Origin: Azolla caroliniana | Taxonomy: Eukaryota; Plantae; Polypodiophyta | Length of the DNA stretch: 64,000 nucleotides | Direction: 5' to 3' | NCBI GenBank assembly: GCA_043228905.1 | Contig: JBHGNT010000016.1 | Coordinates: 14,322,001 to 14,386,000, forward strand | In this document: one piece after another, positions 11,520-23,415 of the stretch | Position numbering within the stretch: position 1 is the stretch's first letter | Layout of the letters: every line of letters starts with the position of its first letter | The notes under the pieces: model-generated | Told to the model about the DNA's origin: nothing | Databases searched by the model: none | What the model saw: only the letters and a program-made list of their open reading frames with translations | Made by a program: the position numbers and the translations under genes

Positions 11520-12581
11520 AGTGTCCGAGTCGTTTTGGATTGGGGACCCGGTTTTTCTAGATATTGAAGATGGAAGTCTTCAAGAAGAGCACGAGCATTG
11601 GTCACATTCTCTATTGGTTCCCAAGTACGCTCATTGGGATGATATCCTAGCCAATCGACTAAATAGTAGAGCTTCTTGCCAACAATCATGGAATCGAGGA
11701 TGGCGGCAACCTCGTACTCAGGTCATCTTCAAGCTCGATCGAGGGTGGACATTGTTTAATATGACCTAGGATGGTGCTGTCTTGATAGGGTTCGAGGAGA
11801 GAACTATGAAACACCGGATGTATCCGAAGTTCTGGAGGTAGATCGAGACGAAAAATGACATTTTCCGGAAAGGACCTAATCGCCGGTAATCCAACTTCTC
11901 ACATGGGCGAGTAGTCTTGATGTGTAATCGTAGTAGCCACACCCGATCTCCAATGTCAAAACTGGATGGAAGCTGATGATGATCCGTGTAAACCTTGTGT
12001 GTTTGTTGAGCTGGTTGTAGATGAGTAGATAAATCTGCTTGTATCTTACGTAGCCGCTCCAAATGATCCTTTGCACAAGGATTTGTGGGTAACTCTGGGG
12101 TTTCATATACACACCACTAGGGGTGACAGCTCGTGTAAGCATAAAATGGTGTCACCTTTGTCGATGAGTGGACAGAGTTATTATACGCAAATTCGGCGAA
12201 GTGGAGAATTTCCGCCCAATCATCTTGATGATAGCTTAAAAAGCACTGAAGATACTACTCAAGCGTTTGATATGTTCGTTCTGCTTGGCCATCTATTTGC
12301 GGGTAGTAGCCGGAGGAGAGGTTACAAGTGACCTTAAGCATTTTAAAGAGGTGCTTCCAGAACTTTGAGACGAACTGGGGTCCACGGTTGCTGATGATAC
12401 TATCGGGAAGGCCATGATGCCAACATACTTCACGCATGACAATTTCGACGGTTTCTTCATTGGAGATTTCCTTAGTACATGGCAGGAAATGGGTCATCCT
12501 CGTATATCGATCTACTACTATTAAGATCACATCGAATCCCTTAGAAACAGATTGATATTCTTGAGCACTAATAGTGGCCAT
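11520..12581 (-). pseudogene. pol: Gag N-terminus fused to a degenerate integrase and chromodomain
   Basis: ORF 12255..12581 reads MATISAQEYQ then SVSKGFDVILIVVDRYTRM...DGQAERT; ORF 11766..12062 carries RPCEKLDYRRLGPF (GPY/F motif). Confidence 0.85.
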
Positions 12582-12663
12582 AGTATGAGAGTAAAGAGGA
12601 ATAAGAGATTAGTATGAAGGGAGGGAGAAGTAAGAAGATAAAGGAAGAGAAGGAAGGAGAGGA

Positions 12664-12675
12664 AAATCGGTTCAA
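12664..12675 (-). promoter_or_regulatory. Putative self-priming primer-binding site (Tf1-type)
   Basis: Minus TTGAACCGATTT, 2 nt after the 5' LTR, is exactly complementary to the LTR sequence AAATCGGTTCAA that begins 32 nt downstream of the TATA box. Confidence 0.8.
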
Positions 12676-12677
12676 AC

Positions 12678-12821
12678 TGTCACGAGCAGTACTAAGACAG
12701 AGAAGTACTATCAAGAACAGTACTAAAACAGAGAAGGAATTAGTAATAAAAGATGAGGATTAGTACTAAGGGAGGTGTAGAACTCTTGAGAGAAGGAAAG
12801 AGTGAGGGAGGGAGAGAGATC

Positions 12822-12852
<31 letters not shown>

Positions 12853-13285
12853 GATAACAAAAGATATATATTATGTTAAGGGAATATACAATAGTAGCTA
12901 GGAGGCTTTAGACTGGCGTTGAACCGATTTGGTTCAAAATAATGCCATGTGCCTCCTCACCCAATCGTGCATGTCGGAGAAGTCCCTTTGAGCCACATCC
13001 GACAGAAGGGGAAGCTGATGGACGTGTTACACGTTCTGACAATCACGAAGAACCTGGTGTCGGTCGGACAGATCGTTGACCAGGGGATGCAAGTGCGGTT
13101 TACGCACCTTGGGTGCTTCCTGAAGTTTCTAGAATGTTCCAGAGAAATCTGGAATATACCTCAATTTTCTATAGTAAAACTTAAATGAAAATAATATCCT
13201 TTGTATTACAACATATAGTCTAATAGTCAAGAGCTCGACCCATGTTACATAAGGGCATGGGTTCAAGTTTTGCCATATCATGACA
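12678..13285 (-). repeat. 5' LTR of the Tcn1-type element, carrying a ~160-bp Copia filler
   Basis: Aligns with 11056-11498 except for a longer (GA)n tract and an insertion at 12958-~13115. Confidence 0.88.
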
Positions 13286-13471
13286 GTGCAATGGCATGCA
13301 AAACATCTGTCATGGAGCTTTGCTATATTTCAGGCACTACGAGAGAACTTCCTACGGCTATTTCCTTTACAAGTGGTGCAACGAGAGCTAGTCGGATGGT
13401 TCTATACTACATTCCATGAACCAAATGAAATTGTACCATAATTTATCATTCGATTCCAGATGATGCAGAGT

Positions 13472-13902
13472 TCTTGAGTGACAAGCTCAACATTGGGTGC
13501 GTAACACGGTGCATAGAATGGTTATATCGGTGCGTAAACCGAAAGGCTGTTAGTATGGTATTCCTCGTAAGGAATAATTTTACCAAAAGGCTGTTAGTAT
13601 GGGATTCCTCGTAAGGAATAATTTTCGGAGTTAGTGTAGTAGACTCATTTATGAGTAGTCAAGAACTGTCAGTACTTGTGTTAGCCCGATAGTCAGGGCT
13701 TGTATAAAAGGTGCTCACTGAGCACAAAGTATGTACAGAGTGTTATTATTTTGAAATAGAACTGAGTTGTCCGCTCTCTCTTTGTCCATCTCCATCTCCA
13801 TCTCCATCTCTGCGTTTTCTGTGTTTTACTGAATTGTCTTACTTCCGAACTATACTCTGTGTTGTACGCACATACTTCCGCACACGTTCATATTCTTATA
13901 CA
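13472..13902 (+). mobile_element. Old solo LTR of the Copia family at 24126/32580
   Basis: Similar to 32580-33023 (ACAAGCTCAACATTGG...TATAAAAG..GCTCACTGAGCAC...TATTCTT.TACA). Degenerate TSD AGAGT/ACAGC, internal ~44-bp tandem duplication, and the host gag resumes in frame. Confidence 0.8.
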
Positions 13903-15029
13903 ACAGCCAACTGACGAGGGCACCCTAGGAGGATGAAGTTAAGGTAGTGTTTCTAGCAACTCTCTTGGAGTCACTCTGGACTATGTTAGTAGTGTTAAAT
14001 TTCTGGACGAGTACAATCGATGAGCTCATTGACTAGGTGCTCAAGATAGATAGGGTCCAAAACGGTAATTATTTGGCAATGGTGGCCCGACAACGAGCAC
14101 TACCTAGGGAGGAGGAACTTCGGTTCCGGCAAGCAGTTCAATGCACAACATGTTTGAACTCCAGTCATTCCACTTTGGAAGGCACTATGTAGACACAATG
14201 TCTGTTGTCTGACTCAAAGGCACATACTATGGACCGGTGCGAATACAACTTATTGAACCGGCAGGCTACGCCGGCAAGGCAAATCGAGCCCGAAGATGAG
14301 CAGCGGCAAGGAAGAATGACCGGTACCGCCGAGAGGACCGATATAGACGAGAGGGACGTTACATGTATGATGACCAAAGGAGAGACGATTATTTCCGGGA
14401 TCAATACGAAAGAGACTATCCTCTGGAGTATGAACAGAGACGTAGAGGATAAAGGGGATATTCAGACCAGCAGGGATACAATAATCACCGCCACAATTCA
14501 AACCACCAACAAGTGTTGTTCGACCGATAGTCGACTACTGTGACTGACAACACAACAGTGTCAAAAGTTTTGTACCGAACGGTCTATCAAGAAACTGTGG
14601 GGTAAATTTATGGAATTTCGTACTAGTCGGTTACTCAAAATGCAAATATGAGGTATCGTGATTGACTAATTGACTTAATATATTAATATAAGATTTAACA
14701 CTGAGTTGAACACAATAATAAGTGACACCAATTTCCCTACCTAAATATTAAACTCAAATTAGAACGATAGTGTTACAATGTTTTCGATCCCTTTTTATAG
14801 GTGGTTGATGGCCTTACTCATCAAGAATTACACTTGCACCATCGGCAAGAACTAACTATTCTAACTAATTCTAATATCTTTGTTTGTTATTTACTCAGAA
14901 AAATGCAGACTCATCCATCCACATCGTCAATCTAACACCGACTCTATGTACATCTAAACATTGTTGAATCCGATGCTTTCATACTTGTCCAACTCCTGTA
15001 GCCGACTAGCTAACACTTGGCATGCCCTT

Positions 15030-17000
15030 CAACTTGAAGTGGTGCTAGATGCCTTCTCCTCTTATTTGTGAATAGTCAATTACGAATAATTTTGGAACCT
15101 TAGAAGGAAGCGAAATAAACATTAGATCCTTTTCTCCTTGGACATCGCTTGAAATCATATTCTTTTTTCGCTTTATGGTGATAATACCTTCTTCAATGAC
15201 TTCTCCTTCATCCTTAGACACCATGTGGGACAATTTCTTTTCCCTATCCCATGAAGATCCATCACTTGTTATGATTTCCTCATCTTGCTTGCCATTATCG
15301 ATAGATGTTTCCTTTCCCTTTCTACACTTGATTACTCAATGTAAATGCAAGTCGTAGAAGGTGTTAAACCCCTTTGATGGTGAATTTGATCATACCTTAA
15401 TCTTATATTACATGTAATTCTTGTATCCAAGGTCTCACTAATACTAAGGAACAAGATGACCCTTTAAGGAGTATTACAGGTAAATCCATGGAAATAAATA
15501 TACCAAAACACTCAACATCCTCTATAACTCCAAAATGAGAGGCTAAACATCCATCAACTATGTCTACCTTGATAGAGGAATTTTGATAGATAGGATTTCC
15601 AATCTCACTCATGACGACATTATATGTAGGATAAATTCTAACACAGGCATCCTTAATTAAAAGATGGTTAATGGTTACCAAAATAGTGGGTCGAATATCT
15701 TTTTGATCTTCCACTTGGACAATCTTCACCCCGTGTAATGTCTTTATACTATGTTGTATACTCGATACACGTCCCCACTCCTGTTTTAGTGATGGAGAAA
15801 GTTGAAGAAGTTGTGGCCAAGTGATGCGAGGTTCACTAGAGATTAGCTTTTGCTTGAGATCAAGTGGTTCCATACCTTTCCCCATCGGCATATCATCAAT
15901 TTTAATCTTTCTTTGTGGATACTTCTTTCTAGGCCCATCCTCCAACTTGTTAGTCTCTTTAGAATTCTTATTTTGCAACATCACAATCTTCAACTATATC
16001 ATACACAAAATCAAGCAGATTTACCTTAGGGGGACTTGTTGGAGTTCACACTAAAGTACTTTCCCCTCCTAACACATGGTTATTGGGTTGGTGAAAGTTG
16101 TTTCTAGTGTTGTTTTGATTACTTTGAAATTGATGAATGCTTTGAACCCAATCACCTTGTCGTTGTGAAAGGCATCCTGTAGATATATGTCCTTCCACAC
16201 CATATGTGTAGCACACAATCACTCTCCTCGGTTTTGGATCATCTAAAGTTTGACTTACATTAAAATTTGCTTGCATGTTTTGGATTTGTTGGGTAATTTC
16301 ATCGAGACATTGATTTACTTGCTCCGAGAAACCTCCTTCCACCTTAGGTTGAGTAGCTTCTTCCATCACCAGAACATAAGGTTGATATGTCGTAAAAACA
16401 TTAGGGAATACTTTATCTCCATACACAATTGGTGATTGTTGAAGAATAGGAGACTTAAATGTTGCAACTGTTGAATCCACTCTCACTTGTAGAACCTACA
16501 TTTGTCTATTATCGGCATGACAAGTTTGGATAAGCGTTTGGAAAGTTGTAGGATCCTTTATATTTGCCTCCAATGCAAAGTGTGGACTTAATCCCACTTT
16601 GAAGCGGTTCATCTTAAACCATTCATCCTCCGTTCCACCACGTAGTCGACTCCATGTAGTCCAGAGGTCAATAAATTCCCTCTCATAATCGATATACTCC
16701 ATTGTTGATGACATTCATAAACGAAAGAGTTCCTCTCGCACTTCCATCGCATTTCGGCATCGAATATACTTAGCTTTAAATTTTTTTACCAATAGTTGGT
16801 AACTCAATTGTTGGTTTGGTAGTAAGGATTCATACCAATGCCTTGCTTGTCCATAAAAACTAGCCACCAATAAAGGAAGTTCCTCAAAAGCCTTCATCTT
16901 CCCTATTGATATTGCATGATGTTCAAAGGCGGCCAAGAATGCTCCTGCATCTTGAACCCCATCACCTGCAAAAGCAAATTGAAAAGCCATATTGGCTACA
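15030..17000 (-). pseudogene. gag: Highly degenerate AT-rich Ty3/gypsy gag-protease remnant
   Basis: Retrotransposon gag-like GQARHWYESL, broken knuckle CYTYGVEGHISTGC, protease C-terminal LVLVRPWIQE. Confidence 0.65.
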
Positions 17001-17038
17001 AACAAAACATGCCTTCCCTCTGATACGAAAAGAATCGA

Positions 17039-17700
17039 CCTTCCCTGGAGCACCAAAATGATGATGAGAGAAATAAAAAAAGATAGAGAAGAGAAGAGGA
17101 AGAGAAAAGAATACTTAAATATACTATTAGAAAAACAATACAATCCTCTTAGACTCCAAAAGTAACAACCCCAAATAACTACTTCAATATACTATTAACC
17201 AAAATAGTCTTTCCTTCTCTTTTTCTTCAACTAATCTGCTTCTCACTTCTTCTAATCTTCTTATTCTTCCTCACTTCTTCTTGTAGATATTCTATTCCTC
17301 CCTCCATTGTCTCTTGTAGCTATTCTACTCTTCCCCCCTCTATTGCTAAGAATGCCCTCATATTTATAGGTTTTTAGTTGCGTTGTTTTTGCTTTTTTCT
17401 TATATCCTCGAGTTTGTGTGATGCGCTTTTCTCTTTGTCAGCTTTCTTATGAATCTTTTCTTTTGAAATTTGGACATGAGATGAAGAAGTTATGAGCTTT
17501 TTTCTCTACCTTGCTTTCTCTACCTTTGTATGCGTTTTTTCCTTTTTTTCTTTTTCCTGCATTTTCTACTTCTGGAAAACGCCCCTAACTTCATATCCCT
17601 TCAATCTCATTTTTCTTTTAACTCTTGAACCTTTCATATTATGCTTTATTCTTATACACCTTAGCATCTGATGTATCTACCATGGTCTTTTCTTACGAGC
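17039..17700 (-). repeat. Candidate PBS (17039-17055) and truncated 5' LTR of the preceding gypsy remnant
   Basis: Minus strand ...CATCA-TTT-TGGTGCTCCAGGGAAGG just upstream of gag; TATAAATA near 17368. The primer tRNA is unassigned and the outer LTR end was not found. Confidence 0.45.
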
Positions 17701-17714
17701 AAAAATTGATTTCA

Positions 17715-18062
17715 CAACTTCCTTCATGGAGATTTGGAGGAAGAGATGTACATGCACCAGCTAGAAGGATACGAAAAAAAGGTATAGAAAACCTAGTATG
17801 CTGATTGAGAAAGAGCCTATATGGGCTGAAGCAAACACCTCGGCAATGGTATCGAAAGTTCAAATCTTTCATGGTGGATCACGGTTTCGGTAAGACACAA
17901 ATTGATCATTGCGTCTTTGTCAAGAAGTATCATGGAGGAGATTTTCTCATTCTCTTGCTGTACGTGGACGATATGTTGATTTTCATACGAGACTCAATGA
18001 AAATCGGAAACTTGAAGAAGGCCTTGAGTAGGTTGTTCACAATGAAGATTGGGTCTCGTTGA
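17715..18062 (+). pseudogene. pol: Isolated Tork-like Copia RT fragment
   Basis: LHGDLEEEMYM...KSLYGLKQTPRQWY...FLILLLYVDDML. Confidence 0.85.
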
Positions 18063-18639
18063 CTCAAATCGATTGAATTCTTTAATACAATTACCCTAAA
18101 CATACACCAAAAATTACCTCACGCAATCAGTAGGATTATAAGAAAAATACTATTACGAACGATTGATAGCTATATGTATTATGACTAAGAGAATCGGAAA
18201 TAGTCGCCCACGATACAGAATATACTCTATCTAGCCAAACATATATATCAACTTATAGCAATACAAATCGATGATGCTACAATGCACTCAACCCCTTCTA
18301 ATAGATGGCTTGAGACACTTTCCAAGATTTACACAACTGCCTGTTCGACAATAATCCTAGAGGTACAATCAACTAACTATCCTAATATTTTTTCTTGGCC
18401 TAATAATATTTTTCGTGTCTCCTTTTACATTCGTCCGACTACCCACGTGCCTGTTACAAATACAATTCATTTCTACTACGACTATACTTAGACTATGACA
18501 ATAATTTTGAGTAGCTCATCAACTTATGCTTTGAGTAACACATGGCACACCTATGGGACAATGCTTTGCATGGTCAAACCCAAAATTTTAGTGCTCTAGT
18601 CATCGTCTCCCCCCATGGCATTGTCTTGATCATCGTCCT

Positions 18640-19270
18640 TCAAAATTCCCAATAAAATGGGTTCTTCTTCCTCATTGGTGTCATATGAAATTTCTGCCCT
18701 TGGCTGGTGTGTCGGTTCCGACTATTCGACCTGCTTTATTTCCAGCTCTGTGTGTTGCTCTAACTCCTGCTCCGGTTGTGCTTGCCCTGCTTGCTCTTGG
18801 TTTTCGTACTCCACATGTTCTGGTCGCTCAGCTTCACCCTACACCTCCAATTGTTGGGTCTGTTATGGCCATATTTGTAGTGTGCCTGTTATGGCCATAT
18901 TTGTAAATAGTCCTAAATTCATATAAGTTTAAATAAGACTTAGGGCAATCACTTGATGTGTGTAGAGAGATTGCTGTATAATGGTTGCAAAGAGAGAAAG
19001 AGAGGGAGTGGAATACATAAATTCTTTCTGTTGTAACTGTGCGTTGGCGAAGGCATAGAGCTTGAGGTCGTTACCTCTGAGTCTACTATTGTACCCCTTT
19101 CTCTTACATTGATAGTTGGAGTCTCTGGGCTCCCGTGGTTTTTCGCTACTGGGGTTCTCCACGTAAACATCATATGTTCTCTCTGTTGATCGTGTAAGTG
19201 TATTAATCTCCATTCCTGTTTTGTTCTTCCATTAAGTTTAAGGCTTGGTTGTAGGCAAGATCTATTCCGC
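18640..19270 (+). repeat. Diverged Tork-family LTR remnant
   Basis: Blocks match the reverse complement of the 921 LTR (TTGTAAATAG, GACTTAGGGCAA, GAGCTTGAGGTCGT, CTCCCGTGGTTTTTC..CCACGT). Boundaries are approximate. Confidence 0.6.
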
Positions 19271-19592
19271 ATAGTAATTGGTCATCATCATATTCCTCCA
19301 GTAGTTTAATGATTTCAACTGTGTGTTCCGTTGTGAGTTCTTGGAAGTCGATCGACAATTGGTCCCAAATTAATGTTAGACTCACCTTGTCTAGTTTGTA
19401 AAAGCCATGAAACATATTTTTTCATGGCTTGGTTGTAGGCGAGATCTATTCCGCATAGTAATTGGTCATCATCATATTCCTCCAGTAGTTTAATGATTTC
19501 AACCGTGTGTTCCGTTGTGAGTTCTTGGAAGTCGATCGACAATTGGTCCCAAATTAATGTTAGACTCACCTTGTCTAGTTTGTAAAAGCCAT
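19242..19592. repeat. 167-bp tandem duplication with a 17-bp filler
   Basis: 19242-19408 versus 19426-19592, 2 differences seen. Confidence 0.92.
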
Positions 19593-20213
19593 TGTTCTCC
19601 TTATCGGCCCTTAGCAGTTGTAATTGTGCTGCTTGAGTCGATCAGATCTTCGACCCTTGTTCAAGAGTTTCTTTTATTTTTCCGTGCACATTTTTCCTAT
19701 GTCATTTTAACATGGCTTGAATATGTTTTTCACCCGTGTAGACTCAATATTTGAGGGCCTTCATTTGAGCCTGGAGCTCATCATCTCGACCAACTGGTGA
19801 GTCTTGTGCCATTTGTAATTTAGCTTCTGCTACCAAGAGCGATATCCACGCCTGCTCATACTTCTCTATGAGTTTTGTGAGTTGTTGAGATGTTCGGTCC
19901 TAGTCGTCTTGGAATTTGTGTCACATCTTTTCCTTCTCCGCTTCGAATTTCCTTGTTTGTCTTTCATTTGTTCCTCTTGGGCTTTAATAGGCTTGTTCAT
20001 AGACAATGCTTCCGATCAAAATGAATCTTCAAGTGTCGGTCTTCGTCCTAGAGTAGGTCAAATTCTTGTTGTCAAGCTCGACGTGTGTCATCGACTTGTT
20101 CATGAGTTGTGCAGAGTTAGGTATGTAATCGTTGGACTTAAGTGTCGACAATCTCTAATCTTCAATTCGCCATGTCGAGCTGATCTTCCTTTTGTTTTAT
20201 ATCTTCTCATAGA

Positions 20214-20567
20214 TGTTGGCCTAGAGTATATGATCCGGAGGGTTAATGTGTACAAGGACGAGTCGGAGAATAATATTATAATTAGAAGCATAATTATTAG
20301 TTAGGAAATATTATAGAAACGGATGAATCCAGATAACTGTACGGATCCGCATCCGCATCAATTAATAGTGTCGGTAGCCGGTAAGGCACCGTTTTATATT
20401 TCCTATCGGATGCCTATAAAAGGGTTTGAAATAGATGACTTGAGTTTAATGGAAGTAATATAAGAGTAGTGTTCTCTTTTAATTCTATTGTGTCTCTATG
20501 TACTTGTCGTTCTGCGCTTCCATTGTTAATTTTATGCGTGTTATAACTAATCTACTCTGACTTAACA
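20214..20567 (+). repeat. LTR-like segment
   Basis: TGTTGG...TTAACA termini and TATAAAAG, but no TSD or partner LTR found. Confidence 0.4.
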
Positions 20568-20652
20568 ATCCGGAAGTAACCAGAGCTAGTCATATCGGAG
20601 TCGGATAGCCGGACAACATCCATCCCTTAACCACCCCTTCGGTGAAGTGTTC

Positions 20653-21480
20653 CGGAATGGACACCCTGTGTTTGAGACTAAGTCCAGCCCAGAGTAAACA
20701 CTATTTTGGCGACCACTAAGACAGCCCCCCTTTGGGGACGATGTCGAAGAATAATACATGGTAAAGACATGGAAACGATGAAATGTGCGAGAATGGTGGT
20801 GATGATGTGCGAGAAATCAAATCGAGGAAGTGCAATATGCAAAGATGGCTTTGGATACGGTGCAAACGATCAACTAGACCCAATTTATGGAGTATGAAGT
20901 ACAGGCGAAGGCGGTTGCCGACCTCATCAAGCAGCTCAAGAATGAGAAGGAGGCCACAGAGGACAAGAAGAAGCTCGACATCAAAAGGATCGGAATGATC
21001 GTCGAGGCATGGAGGGACCGAACGAAGACAAAGATTGACGATTGTGCATCGTCAATATGGAATGAATGGCGGAACAGACACCCTATGTTTGAGATTAAGT
21101 CCAGCCCAGAGTAAACACTATTTTGGCAACCACTAAGGCGACCCCCCTTTGGGGACGAAGTCGAAGACTAATACATGACAAAGACATGGCAACAACGAAA
21201 TGTGTGAGAAATCAAATTGAGGAAGTGCAATGTGAAAATATGTCTTTGGATAGGGTGCAAACGACCAACCAGGCCCAATTTATGGAGTATAAAGTACAGG
21301 CGAAGGCGGTTGCCGACCTCATCCTGCAACTCAAGAATGAGAAGGAGGCCACAGAGGACAAGAAGAAGCTCTTCATCAAAAGGATCAGGATGATCATCGA
21401 GGCATGGAGGTACCGAACAAAGACTAAGATGGACGATTGTGCATCGTTAGTATGGAATAAATGGTCCCGACAAGCGGCGG
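20653..21480. repeat. Older ~417-bp tandem duplication containing a coiled-coil-like ORF remnant
   Basis: Units start at ~20653 and ~21070; both encode QAKAVADLI.QLKNEKEATEDKKKL. Confidence 0.8.
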
Positions 21481-22137
21481 AACTTCAAATACTGTGGGCC
21501 GATGCAAAAAACCGGAAAAAGGCCAGCATCAACTTCTACAAGATGGATGAATAAAGCATTGTTACCAGCCGGGCAAAATTGTCAGATGATTATTTTGCCT
21601 TAGCTGAAAACCACTTACATGTTTTCTGGAGGCTCATCCAACAGCTTGAGGATGATCAACTCAACACACAACTTCAATTCGAGAGGTATGAGCAGGAGTG
21701 ACGAATGCAGGAAACGAAAAAGCGAGCAGAGGCAATAAACATCAACGATGTCAAGGAAATCAGTGCCTGTGGGTTGGTCTAACCGGACCACCGAGGTCTT
21801 TGACTAGGGAGGATGAATCGGGCGACTTGTGCTTGTAATGAATCGGTCGTTTAGGTTTATAGTCGAGTCGTTCTTTGTTGTCGACGATGCTTTTGTGGGT
21901 TGGTTGAGAGAGAAAGAAAGAAAGATATATTAATGTCTTCTAAGGCCAAAATTGGCACATGAGACAAATGGTTTACAACAAAAAATGGGATATTTACCCA
22001 TTCATCAAAAGTAGAAAATAAAAATAAAAATAAGATAAAAATAGAGTTTTAAGCTAAATAGTTCTAGTAAAATAACAAACATGTTTTGTATAAAAAACAT
22101 GTTCCACAATAAAAATGATGTTATACTAGGCCTAATT

Positions 22138-23415
22138 TCATTTCCATGCAAGTCTCTCGAAGAGAAGTGGGAGGTCAAAGGGTTTCGATGTGGATGTGGC
22201 CCATGGTCCCAATGTAAACGGTACCCCAACCGTAGCTTCTAGTCGAGATAGCTCACGTTCCCTTATCTTCTTAGTCTTTTCTACTCCGTGTCGACTTGTT
22301 TTGAAGCCCAACATCCGAGGGTGTTTGGTTGTTCTTTGCATTTCTGCTTCCTCAAGAGAGAGGCTGAGCGGCGTAACTGTATCCACATTCATCGTCTCCC
22401 CTTGTTCTTGAAAAATTACACTAGTTACATGTTGATGAATAGTAAAAGGGTTATTGTTAACACTTTGTAATTTATTCTCCCTATGTTGTTTTAGCCCTAA
22501 GATATACCTACCTAGTCTCTTTACATCCGGGGTATCTAATAATTTTGGAGAGGGTGGGAGAGGGTCCTAATATGTCTTGGTATTCCGCCCGTATCTCGGC
22601 ATAGGTTGGGCACTTGCATGTGAAGTGATACTCATCCTCTATCTCTATGTGGCATAACCTACATAGCCTTTCCACGCTAGGGACTCTATTAGCCCGACCA
22701 TTCTCAATCTCCAGTTGGTGAGATGATATCCTAAGTTGTCCAGTGGCCACCCTTAGTGCATTTGATAAGAAAGTATTTAGATATCTTGGCCCTGTAATAA
22801 AACCTAACTTAGAGAAGTGCAATAAGTGCTCCTTATAGTACAACATTTTAGATGGGAGTGGCTCTCGTGGGGTGATACATTTATATCGAGTGTAAATTTG
22901 CCATATTTCTTGGCGTATCACTTTATTATAGTCTTCCTGAGAGATTAGAGTTTGATGAGTCCCATTGTTGTACTTAAGGGGAGGCCAGTTATTAATGTCT
23001 ATGCCGTTTGCAAGTAACCAACTCACCACAGTGCTATACCAAGATCTACTGTCTCGAGACTCATGTAGGGATCGGGATGCCTCAAAGGCTTGATGGGATA
23101 TCCTATCTTGTGGTTGGCTATGTATCCGATGAATAAAAACTACTACTTGAAAAACTGCTTCTACTAACATCGGGGGCAGGCTTAACTCTGCTCTAATAAT
23201 GTCATGCGGTACTGTCGATTTGCTTCAGAGTTGACGTGATAACATCATCACCAAAGGTCTCTCTAATTGCATCCACATGAAAGATGGTAGACCTAGAGCC
23301 CATACTACTGATGCATATATGAGAGAAGGGGTCACTAATGAGTCGAAGAGCCATCCCTTATTCAGTGGCTCTTGAAAGTATGCCTGGCGGCATTGTCTCT
23401 CTAAGAGTGAGAGGG
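22138..23415 (-). mobile_element. 5'-truncated non-LTR retrotransposon (LINE), ORF2 C-terminus, RTEX-like
   Basis: Post-RT motif LFDSLVTPSLIYASVVW, then LRISSHQLEIENGR and CCHC finger CRLCHIEIEDEYHFTCKC (ORF 22508..23170); continues after a frameshift into ORF 22138..22392. Confidence 0.8.

Larger units (their letters stand above)
11056..13285 (-). mobile_element. Internally deleted Tcn1-type chromovirus (non-autonomous)
   Basis: LTRs 11056-11498 and 12678-13285 (TGTCA...TGACA), TSD GTGCG/GTGCA, PPT next to 11499. The 1.18-kb interior keeps only the integrase core and C-terminus plus a type-I chromodomain (ILDS...YLVDWLGY...TWEP). No tRNA PBS. Confidence 0.9.
10660..14545 (+). pseudogene. 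gag: Degenerate Athila/Tat-like gag, host of two later insertions
   Basis: Homologous to the gag at 9000-9740. Reading continues across both insertions (KIDEFSLSLEGPVVR|WHAKH...FIIRFQMM.|SQLTRAP), followed by degenerate Cys/His motifs. Confidence 0.72.
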
